A stretch of 64,000 nt of DNA from Candidatus Thermosaccharophagus tengchongensis (GTDB lineage Bacteria; Armatimonadota; Fervidibacteria; Fervidibacterales; Thermosaccharophagaceae). Positions 39,361 through 49,041 of the stretch are shown one piece after another (position 1 is the stretch's first letter; the number at the start of each line of letters is the position of its first letter). The DNA lies in NCBI GenBank assembly GCA_032161105.1, contig JAVHTD010000013.1. The stretch is one strand, 5' to 3'. A program made the position numbers and the translations under genes. Under the pieces are notes generated by a model. That model was not told where the DNA came from. It was given only the letters and a program-made list of their open reading frames with translations, and searched no databases.

Positions 39361-40260
39361 ATGGGCAGCAACAATGAGGGGCGAATAAAGGTGCTGCTTG
39401 ATACCGACATCGGCTCTGACATTGATGACGCGCTTTGCTTAGCTTATCTGCTCATGCAGCCGAGGTGCGAACTGCTCGGCATCACAACCGTGACTGGGGA
39501 GCCGGATAAGAGAGCAATGCTTGCAAGTGCAATCTGCATTGCTGCCGGTAAGGACGCCATCCCGATAAAACCCGGCTCGCCAAAGCCACTGCTCATTGAG
39601 CAGCGCCAGAAGACAGCACCACAGGCTGAAGTCCTGCCCCGATGGAAGCATGCCACAGATATGCCGAAGTTTGAAGCCGTCCAATTCCTCAGGGAGATAA
39701 TACGCTCGCACCCGAAAGAAGTCACGCTGCTGACAATCGGACCGCTTACAAACATAGGCTTGCTGTTCGCCATGGATCCGGAAATACCGACGATGCTCAA
39801 CCAACTCGTGATGATGTGCGGGGCTTACAAAGTTGGGAAGAGAGAGTGGAATGCCGTTGTAGACCCACACGCCACTGCAATCGTTTTTAACGCCACAGTG
39901 AGAAAGGTTGTGGCAGTTGGCTTAGATGTGACCACACGATGCGTGATAAATGCCGAGGAGTTCCGCAAGCGCTTCAAAGGGACGCCACTGCTTGACCTCA
40001 TCCGTGAAATGGCTGAGGTTTGGTTTAAGGGGACAGAAAGGGTGGTCTTCCACGACCCGCTTGCTGCATCGCTCATATTTGAGCCCGACATATGCAAGTA
40101 TGAGCAGGGGCTTGTTGTTGTGAACTTGAGTGATGGAGAGGCACTTGGAGAGACAACATTCCTCCCGAAGGGTGATGGGAGACATACGGTTGCAACCGAT
40201 GTTGATGTGGGGCGCTTCTTTGAGCATTACTTTTCCGTTGTCTGCGGTTCGCAGCGCTGA
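39361..40260 (+). CDS. Nucleoside hydrolase (IU-NH family)
   Basis: DTDIGSDIDD, IGPLTN, EWN..DPHA, GLDVT, HDPLA. Confidence 0.92.
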   Translation: MGSNNEGRIKVLLDTDIGSDIDDALCLAYLLMQPRCELLGITTVTGEPDKRAMLASAICIAAGKDAIPIKPGSPKPLLIEQRQKTAPQAEVLPRWKHATDMPKFEAVQFLREIIRSHPKEVTLLTIGPLTNIGLLFAMDPEIPTMLNQLVMMCGAYKVGKREWNAVVDPHATAIVFNATVRKVVAVGLDVTTRCVINAEEFRKRFKGTPLLDLIREMAEVWFKGTERVVFHDPLAASLIFEPDICKYEQGLVVVNLSDGEALGETTFLPKGDGRHTVATDVDVGRFFEHYFSVVCGSQR

Positions 40261-40433
40261 GTCATATCAGCACACAGAATTTACCAAACGTCGCCAAAGG
40301 TTTTTGGGATCTGACTACGGCGTTTGGTGTGGGTCGATTGACACATCATTTTCAAGTTGCGCAGCACCGATGCACGCGCTAAGTTTCTAATATGATGGGC
40401 GCTGAGCAGATGCTCAGCGTCTGGTGAGCTGCC

Positions 40434-41399
40434 ATGAAAGCGGACAAGTTTGATGCAAGCGATGAATGGTATGCGAGGATGGCAGAAGTGAGGAGACAAC
40501 TTGAGGAGCTGAAGAGGTCGCTTTCCATCTCTGAGTTTCTTCACGGGTATTACAATGTCATCCTGAACTACCTTGAGGGGCTTGCACCATATGGAATTAA
40601 GTGGCTAAAAGCAATGCAAGCCATGCTTCAGTATGAGGCGTGGCGGCATAAAGCCATGCGCTCAGTCAAGGAATCCTCAAACATGAACCTGTTGCTTGTG
40701 CTCGGTGTGGAGATGAGGAATGCCCTTGCCAGGTTGCTCCAGCAGCTTGAGCGCATGTCCCCACAGAACTCGTTTGAAACCATAGTGCTTCACCTGCTAC
40801 AAGCTGAATGCCTTTATCAGCTTGGGTATACAAATGAAGTGATTGAGGCACTTGATAAAGCCGTTGAGGCTGGGTGTGATCATCCGCTTGTATACTTTGC
40901 GCTCGGATTCAACATCTACAGGCAGGCACTTCAGAATTATGTTGAGATTGAGCCGGCCACTCAAAGGGCGGTCATCACCGACAGGAAGGAGTTTGAGGAG
41001 CTGTGTGAAAGAGCCATTGGGGCGTTTCGCTCCGGCATATCCGACGCCGGGATGGAGCCAATGGACGCGCAACTCCATTTTTGGATTGGCATCGTTTATG
41101 AGACGCTCGGAAGGCATAACGAGGCGAGGAAGGAATATGAGACTGCGCTTGAGATAGCCCCGGAGCTCTCAAGGGAGATTGAACAAAGGCTCAAGCACCT
41201 TCAACGCACTGAGGCTCAAGCCGGCAAGCAGGTGAAGGAGGCACAGATGGAAGAGCCAGCAGAGCCGCAAGAAATGAAGAGAGTTGAAGGGCTTGGCAGG
41301 ATAACGGATGAGGAGTTATCCAAGATGAACGACCTTCTCGGCAGGATAGACACACTCTCCGAACTTCTAAAGGGCAGTGAGGGCGCAGAAGATAATTGA
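40434..41399 (+). CDS. TPR-repeat protein
   Basis: AECLYQLG...A, YFALG, FWIGIVYETLG...A...YETALEIAP patterns. Confidence 0.7.
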   Translation: MKADKFDASDEWYARMAEVRRQLEELKRSLSISEFLHGYYNVILNYLEGLAPYGIKWLKAMQAMLQYEAWRHKAMRSVKESSNMNLLLVLGVEMRNALARLLQQLERMSPQNSFETIVLHLLQAECLYQLGYTNEVIEALDKAVEAGCDHPLVYFALGFNIYRQALQNYVEIEPATQRAVITDRKEFEELCERAIGAFRSGISDAGMEPMDAQLHFWIGIVYETLGRHNEARKEYETALEIAPELSREIEQRLKHLQRTEAQAGKQVKEAQMEEPAEPQEMKRVEGLGRITDEELSKMNDLLGRIDTLSELLKGSEGAEDN

Positions 41400-41512
41400 G
41401 CCGCAGCCAATGCTGCCCATCTGGCACAACGGATTTATGACACCCTTATGTCCAGCGGCTGAATGCTACATCGTGATGGCACGGATGCGGGCTTGGTCAA
41501 GAGGTGTGAAAG

Positions 41513-42388
41513 GTGTGCAGGTTTGAACATCATGCCCCAACGACACTTGAAGAGGTGATAATCCTTCTAACAAAGTTTGGTGCTGAGGCGAGGTTGCTTG
41601 CCGGCGGAACTGACTTGCTTGTCTTCATGAGGCATGGTCGCTTAGCGCCAAAGCACATAATTGAGCTCTCAAAGGTGAATGAACTGACTCGCATTGATGA
41701 GACGAAGGACGGTTTCATCATTGGGGCATGCGTCAAACTGCGTGACATAGAGCGCAACGAATCCATAAGGCGCTGCTACACGCACATAGCTGAGGCAGCA
41801 AGCCAAGTTGGCTCAGTTCAAATACGCAACCTTGCTACCATAGGGGGGAATTTGTGCACCGCATCGCCAGCTGGGGACATGATACCAGCCCTCATGGTCT
41901 CAGATGCAGAATTGCGCATTGCTGGGACAAACGGAATGCGCACCCTCAAGATGGAGGAGTTCTTTAAAGGACCCAATGAGACTGCGCTAAGCGCAACTGA
42001 AGTGCTTGTCAGCATACACCTGCCGCCGCCAAAGCCGCGCACCGGTGGAGCTTTCTTCAAGCTCGGTGTGCGCAACGCTATGGATATCTCAATTGCGAGC
42101 GCAGCAGCCAAAATCACGATGAGTGAATCCTCACCGGAGGTTGTGAGTGAAGTCAAGGTAGCCCTTGGCTCAGTTGCGCCTACTGTTATTCTCTCACGGA
42201 ATGTTGAAAGGGTGCTCATCGGGAAGCGCATCAGTGATGCACTTATTGAAGAGGCAGCCCGCTCCGTAATGGACGAAGTCAAACCGATCACCGACCACAG
42301 GGCTTCAGAGCAATACCGACGACTGATGGCATCTGTGCTGACTAAGAGGGCGCTCAAACTTGCGCTGCAAAGGGCAATTGGAAAGTAG
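41513..42388 (+). CDS. Xanthine/CO dehydrogenase family FAD-binding subunit (CoxM/XdhB-like)
   Basis: LAGGTDL, QIRNLATIGGNLCTASPAGD, GSVAPT, PITDHRAS..YR. Confidence 0.93.
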   Translation: MCRFEHHAPTTLEEVIILLTKFGAEARLLAGGTDLLVFMRHGRLAPKHIIELSKVNELTRIDETKDGFIIGACVKLRDIERNESIRRCYTHIAEAASQVGSVQIRNLATIGGNLCTASPAGDMIPALMVSDAELRIAGTNGMRTLKMEEFFKGPNETALSATEVLVSIHLPPPKPRTGGAFFKLGVRNAMDISIASAAAKITMSESSPEVVSEVKVALGSVAPTVILSRNVERVLIGKRISDALIEEAARSVMDEVKPITDHRASEQYRRLMASVLTKRALKLALQRAIGK

Positions 42389-42413
42389 CGTAAGGTTGCG
42401 AGGGGGAGTGAAA

Positions 42414-42917
42414 GTGAGCATCACCAAGAGAGTGAGGTTGCGCGTAAACGGAGTTGAGCACGAATTGGATGTGCAGCCGTATGAGCGATTGATTGATGTG
42501 CTGAGGTATCGTCTCGGCTTGACCGGGACAAAGGAGGGTTGCAGCACCGGCGACTGTGGTGCGTGCTCTGTGCTGATGGATGGGAAGGTAGTGCCATCGT
42601 GCCTTGTGTTGGCTGTAAGCGCCGATGGACGGGAGATAATCACAATTGAGGGCTTAGCTGATGGTGATCAACTTCACCTGATCCAACAGGCTTTCATTGA
42701 ATGCGGTGCAGTTCAGTGCGGCTTCTGCACTCCGGGGATGATATTGGCTACAAAGGCGCTGCTTGACGAAAATCCCAACCCAACGGTTGAGGAAATAAAG
42801 AGCGCTCTATCGGGCAACCTTTGCAGGTGCACGGGCTATGTGAAGATAATTGAGGCTGTCATGGCTGCAGCAGCTAAACTCAAGCCATGCAGTGACGGTG
42901 TGCAGAATGAGAGTTGA
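42414..42917 (+). CDS. Xanthine/CO dehydrogenase family 2x[2Fe-2S] subunit (CoxS/XdhC-like)
   Basis: GTKEGCSTGDCGAC, SC, QCGFCTPG, GNLCRCTGY. Confidence 0.95.
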   Translation: MSITKRVRLRVNGVEHELDVQPYERLIDVLRYRLGLTGTKEGCSTGDCGACSVLMDGKVVPSCLVLAVSADGREIITIEGLADGDQLHLIQQAFIECGAVQCGFCTPGMILATKALLDENPNPTVEEIKSALSGNLCRCTGYVKIIEAVMAAAAKLKPCSDGVQNES

Positions 42918-43155
42918 AGTCAGGCTGTTTGGACCGCTCAAGAGATACCTGCCACAGAGCTCTATCGGGCAGAGGGCAACATTGGAATTGACCGACGATG
43001 CGACGGTTGAGAACTTGCTGATGGCGCTCAACATCACGGGCACGGAGTTCATCGTCACGGTGAATGACACGCCGGTGAACCGTTCTCACAGGCTCAATGA
43101 CGGAGATATCGTCAGCATCTACCCGCCAATTGCCGGCGGAAATATGCGGCTGTGA
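42907..43155 (+). CDS. MoaD/ThiS ubiquitin-like sulfur carrier with C-terminal extension
   Basis: MRVEVRLFGPL...LNDGDIVSIYPPIAGG followed by NMRL-stop. Confidence 0.85.
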   Translation: MRVEVRLFGPLKRYLPQSSIGQRATLELTDDATVENLLMALNITGTEFIVTVNDTPVNRSHRLNDGDIVSIYPPIAGGNMRL

Positions 43156-43255
43156 CACATTAGCGGATGCATCAGCTGGCTACAGGAGCAACGGCGCACA
43201 TGAAATGCAAAATCCCTCGCCAGCCTTACAGGAGTGCGACTTCCGGTTGAGCGAA

Positions 43256-43948
43256 ATGAGCTGCGGCGGGCAACAAGGAAAGCGACAAACAAAGGGAACA
43301 AAGCTGAGTGCTACCAGTGGAAGGAAACCGCTCTGCGAAACCATCCTTGGCGTAGATCCGGGGTTGAGTGTCACAGGATATGCGGTCATTCGGTCAAATG
43401 GTGGTGCACTCAAGTTGATTGAGGCGGGCGTGATCGTGAGCTCGCCAAAGAAGCCACTACATGAGAGGCTCGGTGAACTCTTCAATGGCATGGTTGAGGT
43501 ATTAAACGAGCATTCGCCCGATGTGGCAGTGCTTGAGTGCCTGTTCTGCAAAAGGAGGTGCGAGCGCTCAGCATTAATGCTCGGGCATGCAAGGGGCGCA
43601 ATATGCGCTGTAATGGCTTCACACGGTTTGCCCGTTGCCGAATACACATTTGCGAGTGTCAAGCGCACGATAGTCGGGAAGGGCAATGCCACTAAGGAGC
43701 AGTTGCACGAGGCATTGAGGCGATTGATCGGGATAGGCGAATTTGAATCAAAGCGCCTATGCGATCATGCTATGGATGCGCTTGCGCTCGCCGTTTGTTA
43801 CGCCTTATCACGATCAATTGAGTTTCGGGAGATGGGAGAACCGCAGGTGGGAAGGATTTTTAACTTAAGGTGTGTCGCACCCGGCAAAGGTGCGACGATG
43901 AAGCTTCGCCATAAAAGCATGCATGCCCTATGCCGCAAATTTGATTGA
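43256..43948 (+). CDS. ruvC: Crossover junction endodeoxyribonuclease RuvC (start uncertain)
   Basis: ILGVDPG, VLE, LGHARG, VKRTIVGKGNATKEQ, DALALA; upstream of ruvA-ruvB. Confidence 0.9.
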   Translation: MSCGGQQGKRQTKGTKLSATSGRKPLCETILGVDPGLSVTGYAVIRSNGGALKLIEAGVIVSSPKKPLHERLGELFNGMVEVLNEHSPDVAVLECLFCKRRCERSALMLGHARGAICAVMASHGLPVAEYTFASVKRTIVGKGNATKEQLHEALRRLIGIGEFESKRLCDHAMDALALAVCYALSRSIEFREMGEPQVGRIFNLRCVAPGKGATMKLRHKSMHALCRKFD

Positions 43949-43990
43949 CGGTGTGATCACACAATTGTGCCATAGGAGTTGAACAGCGCC

Positions 43991-44629
43991 ATGATATGCA
44001 GGCTGAAGGGCAAAATTGCTGCGATGCGCGACAACAAGATCGTGCTTGATGTTAGCGGAGTTGGATACGAAGTGCATCTCCCTGCGGCAGTGGCAAAAGC
44101 GTTCAAGGACAAGAGATGCGGCGAGGACATTGAGCTTGTAACGATGTGCATCTTTCAGATTGAGCAAAGCCGCATAGTGCCATTCATGATCGGGTTTGAA
44201 GATGAGCTGCAGCGTGAGTTCTTTGAGCGCCTGCTATCGGTGCCGAAACTTGGACCGAGGGCTGCACTGGGTTTGTATTGCGTGCCGATGTCAACGCTTG
44301 CATCGGCGATTGAGCAGGGCAATGTGAACTTTCTGACAAGCCTTCCGGGCGTGGGAAGACAGCGCGCAAGGGACATAGTGGCTGCGCTTCAGGGCAAGAT
44401 GGCCAAGTTTGCGATGAGGCATGAGGCTGAAGTTCCTCAGCAGGGAGAAGCACCGCCACAGCCGGATGCGAAAGCTTTGATGAGGGAAGCGCTTGAGGTG
44501 TTGCTTCAACTCGGCTATAAGAAGAGGGAAGCGACAGAAATGCTCAAGCGAGCAATGGAGCATCATCCAGATGCAGCCGATGTTGAGGGGCTCATTAAGG
44601 CGGTCTATGAACTCCATCGCGAGAAGTGA
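43991..44629 (+). CDS. ruvA: Holliday junction branch migration protein RuvA
   Basis: MICRLKG, DVSGVGYEV, LLSVPKLGPRAA, LPGVG, C-terminal LLQLGY domain. Confidence 0.93.
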   Translation: MICRLKGKIAAMRDNKIVLDVSGVGYEVHLPAAVAKAFKDKRCGEDIELVTMCIFQIEQSRIVPFMIGFEDELQREFFERLLSVPKLGPRAALGLYCVPMSTLASAIEQGNVNFLTSLPGVGRQRARDIVAALQGKMAKFAMRHEAEVPQQGEAPPQPDAKALMREALEVLLQLGYKKREATEMLKRAMEHHPDAADVEGLIKAVYELHREK

Positions 44630-44692
44630 ACGGGCGTTGAATGTTTTAGTTTGCCCGGTTGCCATTTGGCGGAAGGTGCGGAGTGATAGCTT

Positions 44693-45763
44693 GTGCTCAG
44701 GAAGAGGCTTTTAACGCCGCATGAATATGACCCAGAAGATGAGAGTGTAATTTGGGCGCTCAGACCGAGGACGCTTGATGAATGCATTGGTCAAAGGGAA
44801 ACAATTGAGAGGTTGAGGATTGGCATTGAGGCTGCAAAGATGCGCAACGAGCCACTTGAGCATGTGCTGCTTTACGGACCGCCCGGGTTGGGCAAGACGA
44901 CGCTGGCGCACATCGTGGCAAACGAACTCAACGCAAATATACATGTTTGTTCCGGTCCGACACTTGAGCGTGCTGGCGATTTGATGGGCTACCTTTTAAA
45001 CTTGCGCCGAGGCGATGTCCTGTTCATTGATGAGATACATCGCATGCCGAGGCAAGTTGAGGAATTCCTTTACGGCGTTATGGATAGGTTCACCGTGAGC
45101 TTCCCGATGTCAAAGAGACCGGGCGTCAAGCCACCCGAGTTTAAGCTTCAACCATTTACGCTCATAGGCGCGACAACGAGGGCGGGCAATATTTCAAGAC
45201 CGCTTCGTGAGCGCTTCGGGATATGCATCAGGCTTGACTTTTACAGCGTTGATGAGCTGACGGAGATAGTGAAGCGCTCTGCGCGGCTGCTCGGCATACC
45301 AATAGACCATTTTGGGGCACAGGAGATTGCCAAACGCTCAAGGGGGACGCCGAGAATTGCAAACAGGCTTCTGAGGCGAGTCAGAGATTATGCCGATGTG
45401 AAAAGTGATGGAAGGATCACACGACACATCGTTGATGAGGCGCTGTGCATGGAGGGAATTGACGAACATGGCTTGGACGAGCTTGACCGCAAATACCTTG
45501 AGGTGCTGATTCATGAATACAACGGAGGACCTGCCGGAATAGATGCTATATGCGCTCTCCTTCAGGAGGATGCAGCAACGCTTGAGGAAATGGTTGAACC
45601 ATATTTGCTCAAAATTGGCTTGATCAAAAGGACACCACAGGGACGAGTCGCTACAGCGCGCTCATACACCCTCCTCGGTCTTGATAACCATTTGGGAACG
45701 AAGGCGCAACCCAGCCTGTTTGATGCGGACAAAAGAGTGAGGGAAAGGGACCGATGGAGATGA
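44693..45763 (+). CDS. ruvB: Holliday junction DNA helicase RuvB
   Basis: LRP..DE.IGQ, GPPGLGKTT, FIDEIHR, GATTRAG, RGTPRIANRLLRRVRD, EPYL, RTPQGR. Confidence 0.97.
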   Translation: MLRKRLLTPHEYDPEDESVIWALRPRTLDECIGQRETIERLRIGIEAAKMRNEPLEHVLLYGPPGLGKTTLAHIVANELNANIHVCSGPTLERAGDLMGYLLNLRRGDVLFIDEIHRMPRQVEEFLYGVMDRFTVSFPMSKRPGVKPPEFKLQPFTLIGATTRAGNISRPLRERFGICIRLDFYSVDELTEIVKRSARLLGIPIDHFGAQEIAKRSRGTPRIANRLLRRVRDYADVKSDGRITRHIVDEALCMEGIDEHGLDELDRKYLEVLIHEYNGGPAGIDAICALLQEDAATLEEMVEPYLLKIGLIKRTPQGRVATARSYTLLGLDNHLGTKAQPSLFDADKRVRERDRWR

Positions 45764-45833
45764 GCGAAGGCGGCGGGCTGAACGCCTGTGAGGAAGCGTT
45801 AAAATATACTTATGGCATTGATTGTCCACCCAC

Positions 45834-45909
45834 TGGGGCGTGGTGTAACTGGCAACACGCCGGACTTTGGATCCGGAGTCTCCAGGTTCGAGTCCTGGCG
45901 CCCCAGCCA
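45834..45909 (+). tRNA. tRNA-Gln(UUG) with encoded CCA
   Basis: Acceptor TGGGGCG/CGCCCCA, D arm GTGT...ACAC, anticodon arm CCGGA-CTTTGGA-TCCGG, T arm CCAGG-TTCGAGT-CCTGG, G-CCA. Confidence 0.97.
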
Positions 45910-45991
45910 CTTTTTGTTTTTGATTCAGCACACCTTTGAGGATATAGGGCATGGGGTGGCGGAGGACGAAATGATGGGAGGGGAATTGGCA

Positions 45992-46957
45992 ATGGCAGAA
46001 GCCCCGCTGAAACTCTTCACCGGGCGAGCTAACCCGCAACTCGCGGAAGCTGTAGCGGAAAGGATTGGCACACAGCTTGGTGAAATATTGGTTGACAGGT
46101 TCGCCGATGGTGAAGTGAGGGTGCGCATCCTTGAGAATGTCAGGGGCGCAGATGTATTCATCATCCAACCGACATGTCCCCCAGTAAACGAAAACCTAAT
46201 GGAGTTGCTGATAATGATTGATGCCTTCAAACGCGCTTCAGCTGGGCGCATAGTAGCTGTCATGCCATATTACGGCTATGCAAGGCAGGATAGGAAAGCG
46301 CGCCCGAGGGAGCCAATCTCCGCAAAGCTTGTTGCCGACTTGCTCACCACAGCCGGCGCTGATAGGGCGTTTGCAATTGACCTGCACGCCGGTCAGATAC
46401 AGGGCTTCTTCAACATACCGGTGGACAACCTGCCGGCTGGTCCGATACTGGCGAATTACATTCGTCAGAAGGGATTAACGGGGAATAGCGTTGCTGTAGT
46501 TTCACCGGATGTTGGTGGTGTTGAGCGCGCCACAACTTTCGCACATGCCATAGGGGCGAGCTTAGCCATAGTGGTAAAGCACCGTCCTGAAGCGCAGCAG
46601 TGCGAAGTGCTCAATGTCATCGGCGATATAAGCGGTAAGCGCGCAATACTTGTGGATGACATGATAGACACGGCAGGCTCAATAACTGCGGCTGCAAATG
46701 CGCTTATTGAGCGCGGCGCAAGTGAGGTATACGCGTGTTGCACACATGCCTTGCTCTCCGGGTCAGCAGTCCAACGCCTGTTGGAATCGCCAATCAAGGA
46801 GGTCATAGTCACCGACACGATTCCGGTTCCGAAGGAGAAGCAAATTCCGAAGCTGACGATACTATCTGTGGCGGAGCTGCTCGCCGAGGCGATCATAAGG
46901 ATACATGAAAACCGCTCGGTTAGTGAGATAATGCTGATGCGCGGTTGGCGACCGTAA
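45992..46957 (+). CDS. prs: Ribose-phosphate pyrophosphokinase
   Basis: FADGE, NLMELL, PYYGYARQDRK, DLHAGQIQGFF, SPDVGG, VDDMIDTAGS; start ATG 45992. Confidence 0.97.
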   Translation: MAEAPLKLFTGRANPQLAEAVAERIGTQLGEILVDRFADGEVRVRILENVRGADVFIIQPTCPPVNENLMELLIMIDAFKRASAGRIVAVMPYYGYARQDRKARPREPISAKLVADLLTTAGADRAFAIDLHAGQIQGFFNIPVDNLPAGPILANYIRQKGLTGNSVAVVSPDVGGVERATTFAHAIGASLAIVVKHRPEAQQCEVLNVIGDISGKRAILVDDMIDTAGSITAAANALIERGASEVYACCTHALLSGSAVQRLLESPIKEVIVTDTIPVPKEKQIPKLTILSVAELLAEAIIRIHENRSVSEIMLMRGWRP

Positions 46958-47011
46958 AAGGAACGGCTGCACGCACAATTGTGTGTTCGGTTAATTTGGA
47001 GGGGAAGCGCG

Positions 47012-47365
47012 ATGGCTCAGAGGGGCGAAGCTGAGGAGTTTGAAGCAGTCGGCGCAAAGGTGATTGAATTAACAGCACAGCCGCGCCTTGAGGACGAAAT
47101 TGGTAAGAGACCGAGCAGGAGACTTAGAAGGGCTGGCTATGTTCCGGCGGTTGTGTATGGCGCTTCAGTCGGTTCAATCCCGATCAAGCTTAAGGCAATT
47201 GATGTGAAGCGTGCATTTGGCGGATTGCCACATGTTGGCGCCGAAGTGATGCTCAAGTTGCAAATGCATGAGGGCGAGAAAGCGCTAAGGTGTCTCGTGA
47301 AGGAATTTCAAGTTGACCCGCTCAGCCTGCAACTCCTATCGGTTGACTTCCACGCTGTTGAATGA
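47012..47365 (+). CDS. rplY: 50S ribosomal protein L25 (single-domain form)
   Basis: GKRPSRRLRRAGYVPAVVYG, VKEFQVDP...VDF; conserved prs-rplY-pth order. Confidence 0.9.
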   Translation: MAQRGEAEEFEAVGAKVIELTAQPRLEDEIGKRPSRRLRRAGYVPAVVYGASVGSIPIKLKAIDVKRAFGGLPHVGAEVMLKLQMHEGEKALRCLVKEFQVDPLSLQLLSVDFHAVE

Positions 47366-47427
47366 GCTCAAAGAGCCAACATTATCACTGCGCTCTCAAA
47401 ATGCGCTTTTGACGCCGTGAGGAAGAA

Positions 47428-48036
47428 ATGAAGTGGCTCAAGCGCATCTTCAAAGGGTCGAAGGGAGAAACAGCGGATTATGCCATCATCGGGTTGGGCA
47501 ACCCGGGAAGGCAATATGAAGGCACAAGGCACAATGTCGGTTTTATGGTCATTGATGAGCTTTCAAGGAAATTGGGCGTGCAGTTGCGCCGGAGGCAGTG
47601 TAAGTCAAAGCTGACGATTGTGGACTTTAACGGCATTCGCTTGCTGCTCGCAAAGCCAATGACATTCATGAACTTGAGCGGCGATGCCGTAAAGTGCATC
47701 GTGCATCAGTTCGGTTTAGAGGTGCAGCGCCTGCTCATTGTCCTTGACGATGTCAACTTGCCCCTCAGCAGGATACGCATAAGGTCTGGCGGCAGCCATG
47801 GTGGTCACAAAGGTCTGAAGTCGGTCATTGAAGCGCTTGGCAGAGAGGATGTGCCGAGGCTGAGGATTGGCATCGGTGCACCACCACCGGGTATTGACTT
47901 GGTTTCATTTGTCCTCTCACCCTTTGAGCCGCATGAAATGGACGCCATAAGGGAAGCAATTGAGAGGGCTGCTAATGGCGCAATTGCGTGCGTTACTGAG
48001 GGGCTTGAGAAGGCGATGAGCAAATTCAACTCATGA
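47428..48036 (+). CDS. pth: Peptidyl-tRNA hydrolase
   Basis: GLGNPG..YEGTRHNVGF, KPMTFMNLSG, GGHKGLKS, RLRIGIG. Confidence 0.97.
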   Translation: MKWLKRIFKGSKGETADYAIIGLGNPGRQYEGTRHNVGFMVIDELSRKLGVQLRRRQCKSKLTIVDFNGIRLLLAKPMTFMNLSGDAVKCIVHQFGLEVQRLLIVLDDVNLPLSRIRIRSGGSHGGHKGLKSVIEALGREDVPRLRIGIGAPPPGIDLVSFVLSPFEPHEMDAIREAIERAANGAIACVTEGLEKAMSKFNS

Positions 48037-48067
48037 AGCTGCCCCAAGTGCCCTCATCCAATGGCTA

Positions 48068-48847
48068 TCAAGTTGTGGCGCAGATTCTCCTCGCATGTTC
48101 AAGGTGTTGGACATCGTCAATGTCAAAGGCAATCTCGGCAGCATCGGTTACGAGGACAAAGATGCTGCAGCCGAGGATTCTCTCTGCACTCCACTTCAAC
48201 TCGCCAATCGTGAGCAACCCAAATGGCATCTTGAGCAATGTCCGCCAACCGAGTATGCGCGCTAAATGCCACAACTTCTTTCGCGCCGCTATCGCTGCCT
48301 TTGCGGTTTCAGCGACCTTGCTGAGAATGCGCCATCGTATGAGCATGCAATTGCCGCCAGTAAAGACGCCCTCACGAAGCCTTGCAAATGTGCGTTTGCA
48401 CCCGCCAAACACCCTCTCATAAGCTGCCTTTGGCACGATTGGATAGACAATGTCAGCCCCGCTTGAAAGCCCGCCATCAATGAACGCATCAAGCAGTTCG
48501 CCGCGAAGGAATGGCACATCACCCGCAACAAACAAAATCAACTCACTCGGCTCATGCAAGCTGTTTATGGCTTGGTTCACATTCTCCCACAATGAACCGG
48601 TGTCGTGGACGAGATGAATGCGCCTATCGCACAAGTTTGAGACGAGCTCACCCAACTGTGGTTGTGTGACGACGACCACACTGCGTATGCTGGAGGCATC
48701 AAGCAGCGATTTAACGACCCGCATGAGCAGCGGCTCGCCACATATGTTTACCGCAACCTTTGAGAGCACATTCTCAGCCCTTGCTACCTTGTCACCTACG
48801 CCACCGGCAAGAACGACGGCATCAATTGAGTGCGCTGCCGCACGCAT
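48068..48847 (-). CDS. MobA-like NTP transferase domain protein
   Basis: AVVLAGG...K, GDVPF, FTGGN, FDIDD. Confidence 0.75.
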   Translation of the reverse strand: MRAAAHSIDAVVLAGGVGDKVARAENVLSKVAVNICGEPLLMRVVKSLLDASSIRSVVVVTQPQLGELVSNLCDRRIHLVHDTGSLWENVNQAINSLHEPSELILFVAGDVPFLRGELLDAFIDGGLSSGADIVYPIVPKAAYERVFGGCKRTFARLREGVFTGGNCMLIRWRILSKVAETAKAAIAARKKLWHLARILGWRTLLKMPFGLLTIGELKWSAERILGCSIFVLVTDAAEIAFDIDDVQHLEHARRICATT

Positions 48848-49041
48848 GGCTCATCGCTCCCAATGCGCTCCGGATAGCTGCGCTATCGGCTACATGAGCC
48901 ATAATGAACGATGCCACATGCTCTCAAAATGGCTATTACCTGCGGCGCTTGCACCATTCAAAAGGCGGCGTCGTGTTGGGAGTTTGCAAGCAGCCTCGTC
49001 ATCTGCTGTATCGCGGATGCAACGGCTTTCGGAGAGGAGTG

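Noticed and set aside
43097..43340. Long N-terminal extension on RuvC suggesting an extra domain
   Set aside because: Overlaps the MoaD gene and looks like unconserved open frame; the core is an ordinary RuvC in ruvCAB, not a Cas/TnpB nuclease.
45812..45991. N-terminal extension of the prs ORF
   Set aside because: It runs through tRNA-Gln; the real start is ATG 45992 with an RBS.
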